Below, in pieces: positions 29,578-39,286 of a stretch of 64,000 nt of DNA. A model generated the notes under the pieces. It had not been told where the DNA came from, did not search any database, and saw only the letters and a program-made list of their open reading frames with translations. The position numbers and the translations under genes were made by a program. Source of the stretch: an uncultured Chloroflexia bacterium. GTDB lineage: Bacteria > Chloroflexota > Limnocylindria > Limnocylindrales > CSP1-4. Where the stretch lies: NCBI GenBank assembly GCA_963746845.1, contig CAVVCZ010000006.1, forward strand, positions 192,001 through 256,000. Reading direction: 5' to 3'. Numbering within the stretch: position 1 is the stretch's first letter; each line of letters begins with the position of its first letter.

Positions 29578-31024
29578 ATGCCCGACCATCGCACCCTGCT
29601 CCGCCAGACCGCCGATCTCGCCGCCGACTTCCTCGACGGGATCGAACGACGCCCGGTCCGCGAGACGGCAACCCACGACGAGCTGGTCGCGGCGTTCGGC
29701 GGCCCGCTGCCGGTCCGCGGCGAGGCGCCCGGCGAGGTGGTGTCGGACCTCGCCGCGATCGCCGATCCCGGGTTGATCGCGAGCGCCGGGCCGCGCTACT
29801 TCGGGTTCGTCATCGGCGGCTCGCTGCCGTCGGCGCTCGCCGCGGACTGGCTGACGAGCGCCTGGGACAACAATGCCGGGCTGTATGCGATCGGCCCCGC
29901 GGCGTCCGTCGCCGAGGAGGTCGCCGGCGCCTGGCTCGTCGAGCTGTTCGGGCTGCCGGAGGGATCGTCGGTCGGGTTCTCGACGGGCGCGACGATGGCG
30001 TCGTTCACGGGGCTCGCCGCGGGCCGCCATCGCGTCCTCGAACGGACGGGCTGGAACGTGGAGGAGGACGGGCTGACCGGGGCGCCGGACATCGCTGTCG
30101 TCGTCGGCGCGGAGGCGCACGTCACGATCCACGTCTCCCTCCAGATGCTCGGGCTCGGTCGCAACCGCGTGTTCCGGGTCGATGCGGACGGGCAGGGCCG
30201 GATGCGGCCGGACGCCCTGCGAGCGGTCCTCGACGGACTGCACAACCGCCCGGTTCTCGTCTGTGCCCAGTCCGGCAACGTCAACACCGGCGCGTTCGAC
30301 CCGCTGCCGGAGATCGTCGCGGCCGTCCGCGAGCTGCCGAACGCATGGCTCCACGTCGACGGCGCATTCGGGCTGTGGGCCGCCGCGTCGCCGTCGCTCG
30401 CCCATCTCACGGAGGGGCTCGCGGGACGCCGACTCCTGGACGACCGACGCCCACAAGTGGCTGAACGTGCCGTACGACTCGGGCATCTCGATCGTCCGGG
30501 ACGTCGCCGCGCACCACGCGGCGATGACCCTCGGCGCGTCGTACTACGTCGAAACGGCGGGCGCCGAGCGCGACCCGTACAACTGGGTCGCGGAGTCGTC
30601 ACGCCGCGCGCGTGGCTTCCCGATCTACGCGGCGATCCGCGAGCTGGGGCGCGACGGGATCGCGGCGATGGTCGACCGCTGCTGCGCCATCGCCCGGCGG
30701 ATGGCCGACGGGCTGCGCGACGCGCCGGGCGTGACCATCCTCAACGACGTCGTCCTGAACCAGGTGCTCGTCCGGTTCGCGCCACCGTCGACCGACGGGA
30801 CGCCGCCCGATGCGGCGGCGATCGACGCATTCACCCGCGAGGTGATCGCCGCGGTCCAGGCCGATGGGACGTGCTGGCTCGGTGGCACGACCTGGCACGG
30901 CCTGGCGGCGATGCGGATCTCGGTCTCGAACTGGTCGACGACGGAGGCCGACGCCGACATGTCCGTGGCCGCGATCCGGCGCTGTGCCGACGCCGTCGCG
31001 GCGCATCCGGTCGGCGCTGCCTGA
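29578..31024 (+). pseudogene. PLP-dependent group II decarboxylase with a +1 frameshift at ~30423
   Basis: Frame 1: PRYFGFV, GATMA, WLHVDGAFGLW...EGLA; frame 2 continues DADSWTTDAHKWLNVPYD...ESSRRARG...MRISVSNWST; extra G in gcgggacgcc. Confidence 0.8.
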
Positions 31025-31070
31025 CGCTCGGCGCGGCCCGACCGTCGTCGGGTCCGCCCGTCGACGAGCC

Positions 31071-31322
31071 TCAGACGGCCCGCACCTCGTCGTCGGTCCG
31101 ACGGGCGACGGGCTCCGCAGGGAGCCGCTTCAACCAGCCGGTGACGACCGCGCTCAGTCGGTCGCCGAATGTCGGCGCCGGTGCTTCCGGTGGCAGTGGC
31201 AGTGCATCCGGCCGCCGGAACATCGCCTCGACCTCCTCCTGCCGGCGTCGTTCGAGGTCGCCGGTGATCAGAGTCAGCATCAGCTTCGGGTCCATCGGGT
31301 CGATCCCCCAGGGTGCCGCCAT
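31071..31322 (-). CDS. small hypothetical protein
   Basis: Compact ORF just downstream of the Crp regulator; plausible composition; start uncertain. Confidence 0.5.
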   Translation of the reverse strand: MAAPWGIDPMDPKLMLTLITGDLERRRQEEVEAMFRRPDALPLPPEAPAPTFGDRLSAVVTGWLKRLPAEPVARRTDDEVRAV

Positions 31323-31369
31323 CGGGTGACGGCTTCGGGATCAAGGCTGGCGGGCGGCTCGAGGAACGG

Positions 31370-32110
31370 TCAGGAACCTGCGTTCCAATCCGCCGGTGTC
31401 GCGTCGCCGACATCCGCCGCGAGACGGGCCGGGTCGAGGATCGTGATCGAGCGCGAGCCCGTTGCGACGATCCCCTCCTCGCGGAGGCCACGGAGCTCCC
31501 GGACGACGACCTCGCGGACCGTGCCCACCGCGTCGGCAAGCTGCTGCTGGGTGATCCGCGCGACGCGTGCCCGCCCGCGGCCCGGCTCCGTCGCGACGTG
31601 GAGGAGCTGGCGCGCGATCCGCTGCCGGACGGTCGAGAAGGCGCTGCCCGGGATCTCGCCGACGAACGCCACGACGCGCTCGCTGAGCTCGTCGAGGAAG
31701 GCGTTCGCGACCTCGACGTGCTCGCGCGCGAGGCGGCGGACCACCTCCGGCCGGAGTTCCAGCAGCTCGGAGTCCACGAGCGCGTACAGGGACCCGGGCA
31801 TCGTGTACCCCCGGGCGAACAGCGAGGCGGCGCCCAGGAGGTTGCCCGGACGCGCGTAGCGGATCGTGAGGCTGCGACCGTCCGGCGATGACACCTCGAC
31901 GCGGATGAGGCCGCTCAGGACCAGCTCCAGGTGTGAGCCGCCCGCCCCGATCGGCCGGACGAGGCTGCCGGCGGCGTCCGAGCGGACCCGCGAGCCGGCA
32001 AGGATCGGGTCGAGCAGGCTGGGCGGGACGGACCGGAGCCACGAGGCGGCGATCGCCAACGCCTGGCGATCCGGCGGCCTGGTCTCGCCCCCCGACGAAT
32101 CCATCGCCAC
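31370..32110 (-). CDS. Crp/Fnr family transcriptional regulator
   Basis: LVLSGLIRV...SPDGRSLTI...PGNLLG (cNMP-like domain); ITQQQLADAVGTVREVVVRELRGL (HTH_Crp). Confidence 0.9.
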   Translation of the reverse strand: MAMDSSGGETRPPDRQALAIAASWLRSVPPSLLDPILAGSRVRSDAAGSLVRPIGAGGSHLELVLSGLIRVEVSSPDGRSLTIRYARPGNLLGAASLFARGYTMPGSLYALVDSELLELRPEVVRRLAREHVEVANAFLDELSERVVAFVGEIPGSAFSTVRQRIARQLLHVATEPGRGRARVARITQQQLADAVGTVREVVVRELRGLREEGIVATGSRSITILDPARLAADVGDATPADWNAGS

Positions 32111-32191
32111 ACGCTAGCAGGCCGGTGCCACGCCGGCGTCACCATGCATACTGGCGATCCCGGTCACGACCCCTCGGAGGATCCCCGCGAC

Positions 32192-33394
32192 GTGAGCGTC
32201 GGCACCGCCTTCCATCCCGCGACCGCGCCCCTGAACCGCAAGCAGCAGTGGCGCGAGTGGTCGGGCTACTTCGCCTCCTCGGTCTACGCCGATGCCCATG
32301 ACATCGAGTACAACGCGATCCGCGAGGCGGCGGCGCTGATCGACGTCAGCCCGCTCTGCAAGTACGTCGTCGGCGGGCCGGACGCGGCGCGGCTCGTCGA
32401 CCGGGTGATCACCCGCGACGCGACGAAGCTCGTGCCCGGCCGCGTGATCTACACGCCGTGGTGCGACGAGCACGGCAGGGTGATCGACGACGGGACGGTC
32501 CACGCGCTCGACGACGGGACGTTCCGATGGACGGCCGCCGACCCGCAGCTGCGCTGGCTGCGGATGAACGCGGCGGGTCTCGACGTGACGATCGAGGACA
32601 CGTCGGAGACGCTGGCGGCCGTCGCCCTCCAGGGCCCGCAGTCCCGCGCCGTTCTGGAGGCCGCGACGGGGCAGTCGTTCGCCGACCTCGGCTACTTCCG
32701 CCGACGGGCGTCGGCGATCGGGAGCGGCCGGAAGAAGCTCGCGATCGACGTGTCGCGGACCGGCTACACCGGCGACCTGGGCTACGAGCTGTGGGTCGAC
32801 GCGGGGAAGGCGGTCGCACTGTGGGAGGCGCTCTGGGCCGCCGGGGGGGACCACGCGATCCGCCCCGCCGGGATGCTCGCCCTGGACGTCGTCCGACTGG
32901 AGGCCGGGCTGATCCTGCTCGAGGTCGACTACACGTCGGCCCGCCACGCGATGAACCCGGAGCAGAACTACAGCCCGTACGAGATCGGGCTCGGGCGGCT
33001 CGTCTCGTTCGACAAGGCCGACTTCGTCGGTCGCCTGGCCCTGGAGCGGGAGCAGGCCGCCGGCGGTCCGGCGCGCCGGCTCGTCGGCCTCCAGCTCGAC
33101 TGGTACGGGATCGAGGGTCTGTTCAGCGCCCAGGGCCTGCCACCGGCGATCTCGCCCGTCGTCGACCGCTCGCCCCGGCCGGTGTTCGTCGGCGGCCGTC
33201 AGGTCGGACGGGCGACGTCGGTCGGATGGAGCCCGATCCTCAAGCAGGCGATCGCGCTGGCATCCGTCCCGCCCGCGCACGAGGCGATCGGCTCGGCGGT
33301 CGACGTCGAGTGGACCGTCGAGGGCCGCCGTGGACGCGTCGGCGCGAAGGTGGTTGCCCTTCCGTTCCTCGATCTGGAGCGCAAGCGCGCCTGA
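32192..33394 (+). CDS. aminomethyltransferase (GcvT/DmdA-like) family protein
   Basis: EYNAIREAAALIDVSPL, GRVIDDGT, ALQGPQSR, SRTGYTGDLGYELW, RLEAG; RBS ggagg before GTG 32192. Confidence 0.9.
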   Translation: MSVGTAFHPATAPLNRKQQWREWSGYFASSVYADAHDIEYNAIREAAALIDVSPLCKYVVGGPDAARLVDRVITRDATKLVPGRVIYTPWCDEHGRVIDDGTVHALDDGTFRWTAADPQLRWLRMNAAGLDVTIEDTSETLAAVALQGPQSRAVLEAATGQSFADLGYFRRRASAIGSGRKKLAIDVSRTGYTGDLGYELWVDAGKAVALWEALWAAGGDHAIRPAGMLALDVVRLEAGLILLEVDYTSARHAMNPEQNYSPYEIGLGRLVSFDKADFVGRLALEREQAAGGPARRLVGLQLDWYGIEGLFSAQGLPPAISPVVDRSPRPVFVGGRQVGRATSVGWSPILKQAIALASVPPAHEAIGSAVDVEWTVEGRRGRVGAKVVALPFLDLERKRA

Positions 33395-33407
33395 CGCGGG
33401 CCGCCGC

Positions 33408-33448
33408 CCCGGTTCCTCCCTGCACCCGACCCGGTTCCTCCGCGCACC
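33408..33448. repeat. 19-bp imperfect direct repeat pair, 22-bp period (possible operator)
   Basis: cccggttcctccctgcacc / cccggttcctccgcgcacc upstream of a TACGTT -10-like box. Confidence 0.5.
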
Positions 33449-33518
33449 GGAAAACCGGTGGACCCGTTGCCTCCACGAGGGCGTGGCAGTACGTTCGGCT
33501 GCCAGCTAGGGGGCCCAA

Positions 33519-34358
33519 ATGGACCAGATCGACTCGGTTGACGCCCTCGCGTCAACGAACGGTGCGGTGACCACGGCTGACCACGAGCCACCCCCGGCCG
33601 TGGTCGCCAGCGTGCTGCCGTCGTTCCTGGCGGAGCTGACCCGCGCGATGCAGGCTGCCGCCGAGCAGCAGCGCGAAGAGATCGCCGCGGTCATCGAGGA
33701 CGAGGCCGCCGGTCAGGTCGACACGGCGCGCAAGCGGGCGGCCATCGAGGCCGAGGAGCTGCGCCGGCTCGCGGAAGAGGACGTCACGGACATCGAGGCC
33801 TGGGCGGCCGACGAGACCGAACGGATCCGCCTGGAGGCCGGCCGGCGCACCGAGAAGCGCCGGAAGGACCTGGAGGCGCACCTCGCCAAGCACGACTCGA
33901 TCATCACGACCGAGATCGACGGCGTCGGCATCGCCGTCCAGGAGTACCGCGCGACCCTCGATCAGTTCTTCGACGAGCTCCACGAGGCGACCAGTCCGGC
34001 CGAGATCGCCCGACGCGCGGGCTCGCTGCCGCCGCCGCCGGACCTGGACAATGTCCGGGGCCTGGCCCGGGCGAGCGCGGTGGCCGAGCTCGCCGTCTCC
34101 GACGCCGTGCAGGACACCGACGAGTCCGCGCACGACGAGCCCGAACCGCCCGGCGATGAGCCGGCCGAGCCAGGCCCGGGGCTGGGCGTCATGGATCCCG
34201 AGGCCGTCGGGCGGTCAGAAGAGCTGCCGGTCGACCCGATCCCGGACGACGCGGTCGCGGCGTCCGCCCAGCCGAGCGCGGCGGCGCGGCTGCTGCGCTC
34301 GCTCTCCTCGTGGAGTGTCGCCGGTCACGACGACGATCGCGGCACCCGGGGCTCCTGA
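33519..34358 (+). CDS. hypothetical coiled-coil protein
   Basis: Long helical, charged heptad-like region and an acidic Pro-rich tail. Confidence 0.75.
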   Translation: MDQIDSVDALASTNGAVTTADHEPPPAVVASVLPSFLAELTRAMQAAAEQQREEIAAVIEDEAAGQVDTARKRAAIEAEELRRLAEEDVTDIEAWAADETERIRLEAGRRTEKRRKDLEAHLAKHDSIITTEIDGVGIAVQEYRATLDQFFDELHEATSPAEIARRAGSLPPPPDLDNVRGLARASAVAELAVSDAVQDTDESAHDEPEPPGDEPAEPGPGLGVMDPEAVGRSEELPVDPIPDDAVAASAQPSAAARLLRSLSSWSVAGHDDDRGTRGS

Positions 34359-34616
34359 CCGGACGACCCGGCTTCTCGCCCCTCCGGTCAGCCCCGACGC
34401 AACTGGCTGAACCGCTTCCGGATCGCCTCCGAGCGTGTACGCGTGATCGCCGTGCGCTGGGCGGTCGAGACGTGCGACCTGAACGATCGATGGCCGACGC
34501 GGGCATGGACGGCGGCCGCGACGGCCGCGTGACCGGCCTCGCCGGCGACGTCCGATGCCCGGGCGCGGGAGGTCCACGCGGGACGGAGGTGCTTCATCGT
34601 CGGTACCCCGCCCGCT

Positions 34617-35417
34617 CTAGTTGACGACCAGGTAGCCGACGTAGACGGTCTTGCCCGGCGCCTTCGAGAGGTAGATCGTCACCGCGTTCGTCGACGGCAC
34701 GGCGGCCCGCACGTAGCAGCCGCTCACGCTCGTCTGGAGCGTCGCGATCGCCCACGAGTTCACGGTCGCGCCCGGCACGGTCACCTTGAGCGACGTGGCC
34801 GATGACGACATCGCCTTCCGGCCGCTCCGGCTCGTCTTGAAGCCGCCGCTCACGTACAGGGCGATCTGCGACGGCGAGCTGGCCGAGGCGTAGATCCCGG
34901 TGGTGGCGCCGGCACCGGCATGCGCATGGAGCGCGGTCCCGGGAGCCGGCACGTTCAGGTCCGATGAGCCGCTGAAGGCATGGATGCCGGTCCCGGTCTC
35001 CGGCGCGGACCCGATAGCGCCGACGAACCCGAACCCCGCGAGGCCCCAGTCGCCGGTGCCGACGACTCCGATCCCCTGGATCGTGTCGCCCCACACGCCG
35101 GCGTCCTTGATGTCGATGTCGGCGAAGCCGTACACGCCGACCTGGGTCGTGTCGGTCTCGGGCGTGTCGGCGCCGCTCTGGCCGTAGACGCCCGTGCCGG
35201 AGACGCTCTTGCCGTGGAAGACGGGATCGGCATCGGCCGACAGGGTCGTGGTACCGGTGCCGGCGTCATTCGGCGTGCCGATGACGAGGTTGTCGCCGCT
35301 GGCGGCGGACACGGGCGCGGCCCGGCCGATCGCGGAGGCGACGAGTGCGCCGGCCCCCCCCAGGGCTCCGGCGAGGATGGCGCGACGGGAGCGGGGCGCG
35401 GTCGTGTCGATGGCCAC
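34617..35417 (-). CDS. Tat-exported hypothetical protein with GVxG repeats
   Basis: SRRAILAG twin-arginine-like signal ending VSA-A; repeated GVYG/GVWG/GVVG/GIHA/GIYA. Confidence 0.75.
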   Translation of the reverse strand: MAIDTTAPRSRRAILAGALGGAGALVASAIGRAAPVSAASGDNLVIGTPNDAGTGTTTLSADADPVFHGKSVSGTGVYGQSGADTPETDTTQVGVYGFADIDIKDAGVWGDTIQGIGVVGTGDWGLAGFGFVGAIGSAPETGTGIHAFSGSSDLNVPAPGTALHAHAGAGATTGIYASASSPSQIALYVSGGFKTSRSGRKAMSSSATSLKVTVPGATVNSWAIATLQTSVSGCYVRAAVPSTNAVTIYLSKAPGKTVYVGYLVVN

Positions 35418-35561
35418 CGAATGAACCTCCCTCGTGCGCGACGCGAGGCCGGTGGCCCCGTCGACCGCCGCCGGACCCGACGTCCGACGACGGCATCATC
35501 GACGATGGCCGGGCTGATCACAACCTCGCAACGGCCCTCGACCTGATCGGCGCCCCGAAGG

Positions 35562-35861
35562 TCAGTCGCGCCCGCGCAACAGGGAGACCCGGAAGGGCCG
35601 CAGCTCGCCGCGCGCGAAGCCGGCAACGAAGACCGGGTCCTCGTCCATGATCCGGCGAGCGGTGGCCTCGTCCGGGGCTTCGAAGATCGCGATGCCCGTG
35701 TTCGTCGAGCCGAGGGTCGGGCCCACCAGGATGATCGTGCCCTCCGCGAGGAGCCGCTCGAACCGCTCGAAGTGGACGCTCCAGACGGCCCGCTCCTCGC
35801 CGGTCATCGTCGCGGCGAAGTCGTCGCGGAGCGGGTGGATGAAGTAGATCCACTCGGCCAT
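35562..35861 (-). CDS. YciI family protein
   Basis: HFERF...GTIILVGPT...GIAIFEA...IMDEDPVF. Confidence 0.85.
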   Translation of the reverse strand: MAEWIYFIHPLRDDFAATMTGEERAVWSVHFERFERLLAEGTIILVGPTLGSTNTGIAIFEAPDEATARRIMDEDPVFVAGFARGELRPFRVSLLRGRD

Positions 35862-35863
35862 CG

Positions 35864-36997
35864 TCAGGCGACCGGCTCCGGCCGATGGACGGCGAGGAAG
35901 TGCTCCAGCCCCGCGAGCGCGACGGGCAGGTCCTCCCGGCCGAACCCGATCCGGACGTGGTTACCGTCGTGCCCGATCACGCTGCCCGGGAGGAGCAGGA
36001 CGCCTTCGGCCTCGACGAGGGCGGCGGCGAACGTCTCGGCCGGCTCCTCGTCCAACAGCCGGGCGAACCCGATCGAGCCGCCGCGCGGCCGGACCCAGCT
36101 CCAGCGATCGGGGTGGTCGGCGAAGAACCGGTCGAGCAGCGGGAGGTTCGCCTCGACGATCCCGCGCGATCGTGCGAGGACCGTGTCGCGCGCGCGCAGC
36201 CCGATGAGCGCGAGGATCTCGGACGGCGCCGACGAGCAGATCGTCGTGTAGTCCTTGAACGCGGCGCAACGTGCGAGGAGGTCCCGGTCGCGGGTCGCCA
36301 GCCAGCCGATCCGCAGGCCGGCCAGCGCGAACGACTTCGACATCACGCCAAGCGAGACCCCGCGCTCGTCGGCGTCGGCGCCGGCGACGAGGCGGTCCGC
36401 GTCGTCGAACTCGAGGAACCGATAGACCTCGTCGGCGAGCAGGTGGATCCCGCGGTCTGCGAGCTCGCCGGTGAGCCGCGCCCAGGCCGCGTGCGATGGC
36501 AGCATCCCCGTCGGGTTGTGGGGCGCGTTGACGACGACGAGCCGGGTCTCGGGACGGAGCGCCGCGATCAGCCGGTCCGGGTCGAGCCCCCAGCCGTCGG
36601 CCTCGTGCAGGACGTGGAGGCTGATGTCGGCGCCGGTCGCGCGGCCGACCTCGTACAGGCTCTGGTAGCCGGGCCACGTGACGACGGCGTGGTCGCCGGG
36701 ACCGAGCAGCACGTTCGACAGGCAGAAGATCCCCTCCTCGGCACCGGCGAACACGAGGACGTCGGCGGCATCGACGGTGTCGTAGAGCGTGGCGATCTCG
36801 GCGCGGAGCAGTGGATGACCGGGCGCCTCCGAGTAGCCGAGCCGGAGGTTCGCCCAGAGATCGGCGGTCTCGTCGTCGGCGAGGGCGAGGAGGTCGGCCA
36901 TCGGCCAGCCCTCGACGTCGGACCCACACAGGAGATGCCGGACGGCGAACTCCCAGCGGGCGAAGAAGCGCTCGAGCGCGAATTCGGCGATGCGCAT
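35864..36997 (-). CDS. class I/II PLP aminotransferase family protein
   Basis: NAPHNPTG, ADEVYR, GVMSKSFALAGLRIGW, VLLLPG, VRIGFG. Confidence 0.9.
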   Translation of the reverse strand: MRIAEFALERFFARWEFAVRHLLCGSDVEGWPMADLLALADDETADLWANLRLGYSEAPGHPLLRAEIATLYDTVDAADVLVFAGAEEGIFCLSNVLLGPGDHAVVTWPGYQSLYEVGRATGADISLHVLHEADGWGLDPDRLIAALRPETRLVVVNAPHNPTGMLPSHAAWARLTGELADRGIHLLADEVYRFLEFDDADRLVAGADADERGVSLGVMSKSFALAGLRIGWLATRDRDLLARCAAFKDYTTICSSAPSEILALIGLRARDTVLARSRGIVEANLPLLDRFFADHPDRWSWVRPRGGSIGFARLLDEEPAETFAAALVEAEGVLLLPGSVIGHDGNHVRIGFGREDLPVALAGLEHFLAVHRPEPVA

Positions 36998-37035
36998 GGG
37001 CCGATGATCCCCCACGCAGGCCCGGCGGGCCAGCG

Positions 37036-38139
37036 TCAGTCGCGGTCCGCGACCCCGGCGTCCTCGAACGTCGCCATCTCGCCGAGGATCCGGAGGGCGG
37101 CGGCGATCACCGGCATGGCCAGCGCTGCGCCGCTCCCCTCGCCGAGCCGGAGCCCGAGATCCAGGACCGGCTCCAGGCCGAGGGCCTCGAGGACGACCCG
37201 GTGGCCGGGCTCGGCGGAGCGATGGCTGGCGATCAGCCGGCCCGGAAGGTCCGGGGCGAGCCGGCACGCGACGAGCGCCGCGGCACCCGTGATGAACCCG
37301 TCGAGGACGACCGGGACGTGGCGGCTCGCGGCCTCGAGGATCGCCCCGACGAGCGCCGCGATCTCGAGCCCGCCGACGGTGGCAAGGACGTCGAGCGGCC
37401 GCTCGCGATCCAGTTGATGCAGGGCGAGCGCGGCGTCGATGACGGCCGCCTTGTGCCTCACGCCGGCGTCGTCGAGACCGGTCCCGCGGCCCGTGACGTC
37501 GGCGGCCGGACGGTCGAGGAGCGCGGCGACGATCGCGCTGGCGGCGGTCGTGTTGCCGATCCCCATCTCGCCGACCCCGAGCAGGTCGCAGCCTCCGGCG
37601 ATCGCCTCGGCTACGATCATGCGCCCGACGTCGATCGCGGCGAGGGTCTCGGCCATCGTCATCGCCGGCTCGACCGAGAAGTCGCGGGTCCCGGAGGCGA
37701 CGCGGGCGGCGACGACGCGCGGGCCGTCCCTCGCGACCGGGTCGTGCTCGCGCGCGGGTTCGCCACCGACGCCGACGTCGACCACCACGAGGTCCGCGCC
37801 CGCCACCCGGCTCAGGACGTTGATCGCGGCACCACCGGCGGCGAAGTTCGCGACCATCTGGCCGGTCACCTCGGGCGGGTAGGGCGAGACTCCCTGGCGC
37901 ACGATCCCGTGGTCGCCCGCGAACACGACGATCACGGGGCGCCGGATCGAGGTGACGGGCTCCCCCCAGATGCCCGCCACCTCGATCGCCAGCGTCTCGA
38001 GCCGCCCGAGACTCCCCGGCGGCTTCGTCAATCGGTCGAGGCGACGCGCGGCCGCCGCCATCGCCTCGGGATCCAGCGGCCCGACGCCGTCGATGACCGC
38101 CTCGAGCGGCGCGAGGGAGATCGTCGGCGAGCCGCTCAC
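37036..38139 (-). CDS. cobT: nicotinate-nucleotide-dimethylbenzimidazole phosphoribosyltransferase
   Basis: LTKPPGSLGRLE, FAGDHG, GEMGIGNTT, GLRLGEGSGA, MATFEDAGV. Confidence 0.95.
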   Translation of the reverse strand: MSGSPTISLAPLEAVIDGVGPLDPEAMAAAARRLDRLTKPPGSLGRLETLAIEVAGIWGEPVTSIRRPVIVVFAGDHGIVRQGVSPYPPEVTGQMVANFAAGGAAINVLSRVAGADLVVVDVGVGGEPAREHDPVARDGPRVVAARVASGTRDFSVEPAMTMAETLAAIDVGRMIVAEAIAGGCDLLGVGEMGIGNTTAASAIVAALLDRPAADVTGRGTGLDDAGVRHKAAVIDAALALHQLDRERPLDVLATVGGLEIAALVGAILEAASRHVPVVLDGFITGAAALVACRLAPDLPGRLIASHRSAEPGHRVVLEALGLEPVLDLGLRLGEGSGAALAMPVIAAALRILGEMATFEDAGVADRD

Positions 38140-38720
38140 GCCACGACCCACAACGTGTCCCGCGGAGCCAGGCGGACCACCCCGCCCGGCCGGAGGGGCG
38201 CCTCGTCCACGCTGTCCGGCGCATCCGCGAGGACCCGGAGCAGGGCATGGAGGAATGCTCCGTGGGAGACCACGACGACCGGCCGGGTGGCCGCATCCGT
38301 GCGGATCCTGGACGCGGCACGACGAGCCCGCTCGCGCACCTCGGCCGTCGACTCGCCGTCCGGCCAGTCGATCGGGTCGCCGCGGCCGATCGCGGCCGCC
38401 ACGTCCGGCTCGCGGGCCGCGACCTCGGGCCAGGTGAGCCCTTCGACCCGGCCCATGTCGACCTCGTGCAGCTCGGCGGCGACCGCGACCGAGATCCCGG
38501 CGGCGGCGCCGATCGCCGACGCCGTGGCACGCGCCCGCCGGGCGGGGCTGGAGCGGACGATCGCCGTCGCGGGCAGATCCGGCGCGAGACGCGACGCGAG
38601 ATCGCGGGCGAGGACCCGGCCGTCGCGACTCAGCGGCGGGTCCGCCCGGCCGCACCAGCGCCGGCCGGTCCATGCTGTCGGGGTGTGACGGACGAGCCAG
38701 ATGTCGTGCGCGCTGGTCAT
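38136..38720 (-). CDS. cobC: histidine phosphatase, probable alpha-ribazole phosphatase (CobC-like)
   Basis: LVRH, SSPARRA, EVDMG, DGES, VVSHG; lies between cobU and cobT. Confidence 0.75.
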   Translation of the reverse strand: MTSAHDIWLVRHTPTAWTGRRWCGRADPPLSRDGRVLARDLASRLAPDLPATAIVRSSPARRARATASAIGAAAGISVAVAAELHEVDMGRVEGLTWPEVAAREPDVAAAIGRGDPIDWPDGESTAEVRERARRAASRIRTDAATRPVVVVSHGAFLHALLRVLADAPDSVDEAPLRPGGVVRLAPRDTLWVVA

Positions 38721-39286
38721 GGGACCGGCTCCCGGGTCAGCGGGATCGGGACGCCCGCGACGAGGAACCATCCCTCGTCGGCGTCCCCCACCAGGCGCTG
38801 GTGGGCGATCCCGAGCACGTCCCGGAACGCCCGGCTGAGCGGATCCATCGGCACGATGCCGAGCCCGACCTCGTCGCTGACGACGACCGCCGGCCCGTCG
38901 TGATCGGCGATGGCCGCCCGCAGCTCCTCGATCGGGCCGTCCACGATCGCCATGACGTCCGGCGGGCCGTTGCCGTTGCCGACGCCGTCGCCGTCGCCGA
39001 GCAGCAGGCTGACCCAGAGCGTCAGCCCGTCGAGGAGGATCGTCGTGCCGGCGGGGATGGACCGGATTGCCGCGACGAGGTCGCGGCCCGGCTCGAGCGT
39101 CGTCCAGCCGGGCGGCCGGTCGCTCCGGTGCAGGGCGATCCGCTCGTCCAGCTCCGCGTCCCCGGGGAGTGCGGTCGCGACGTACGTGACCGTGCCGTCG
39201 CCCGCGACCTCCGACGCCCGGTCGCGCCCGAACCGGCTCTTGCCGCTCCGGGTCCCACCGAGGATCACGACCAGCGGCCGGCTCAT
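38717..39286 (-). CDS. cobU: adenosylcobinamide kinase/adenosylcobinamide-phosphate guanylyltransferase
   Basis: LGGTRSGKS, YVATA, RIALHRSDRP, VSDEVGLGIVP. Confidence 0.93.
   Translation of the reverse strand: MSRPLVVILGGTRSGKSRFGRDRASEVAGDGTVTYVATALPGDAELDERIALHRSDRPPGWTTLEPGRDLVAAIRSIPAGTTILLDGLTLWVSLLLGDGDGVGNGNGPPDVMAIVDGPIEELRAAIADHDGPAVVVSDEVGLGIVPMDPLSRAFRDVLGIAHQRLVGDADEGWFLVAGVPIPLTREPVP

Noticed and set aside
32192-33394. True gcvT with a glycine riboswitch
   Set aside because: No gcvH/gcvP nearby and no riboswitch in the short divergent gap.
34388-34597. 69-aa ORF MKHLRPAW...
   Set aside because: No recognisable motif and a weak RBS; cannot be distinguished from a chance ORF.
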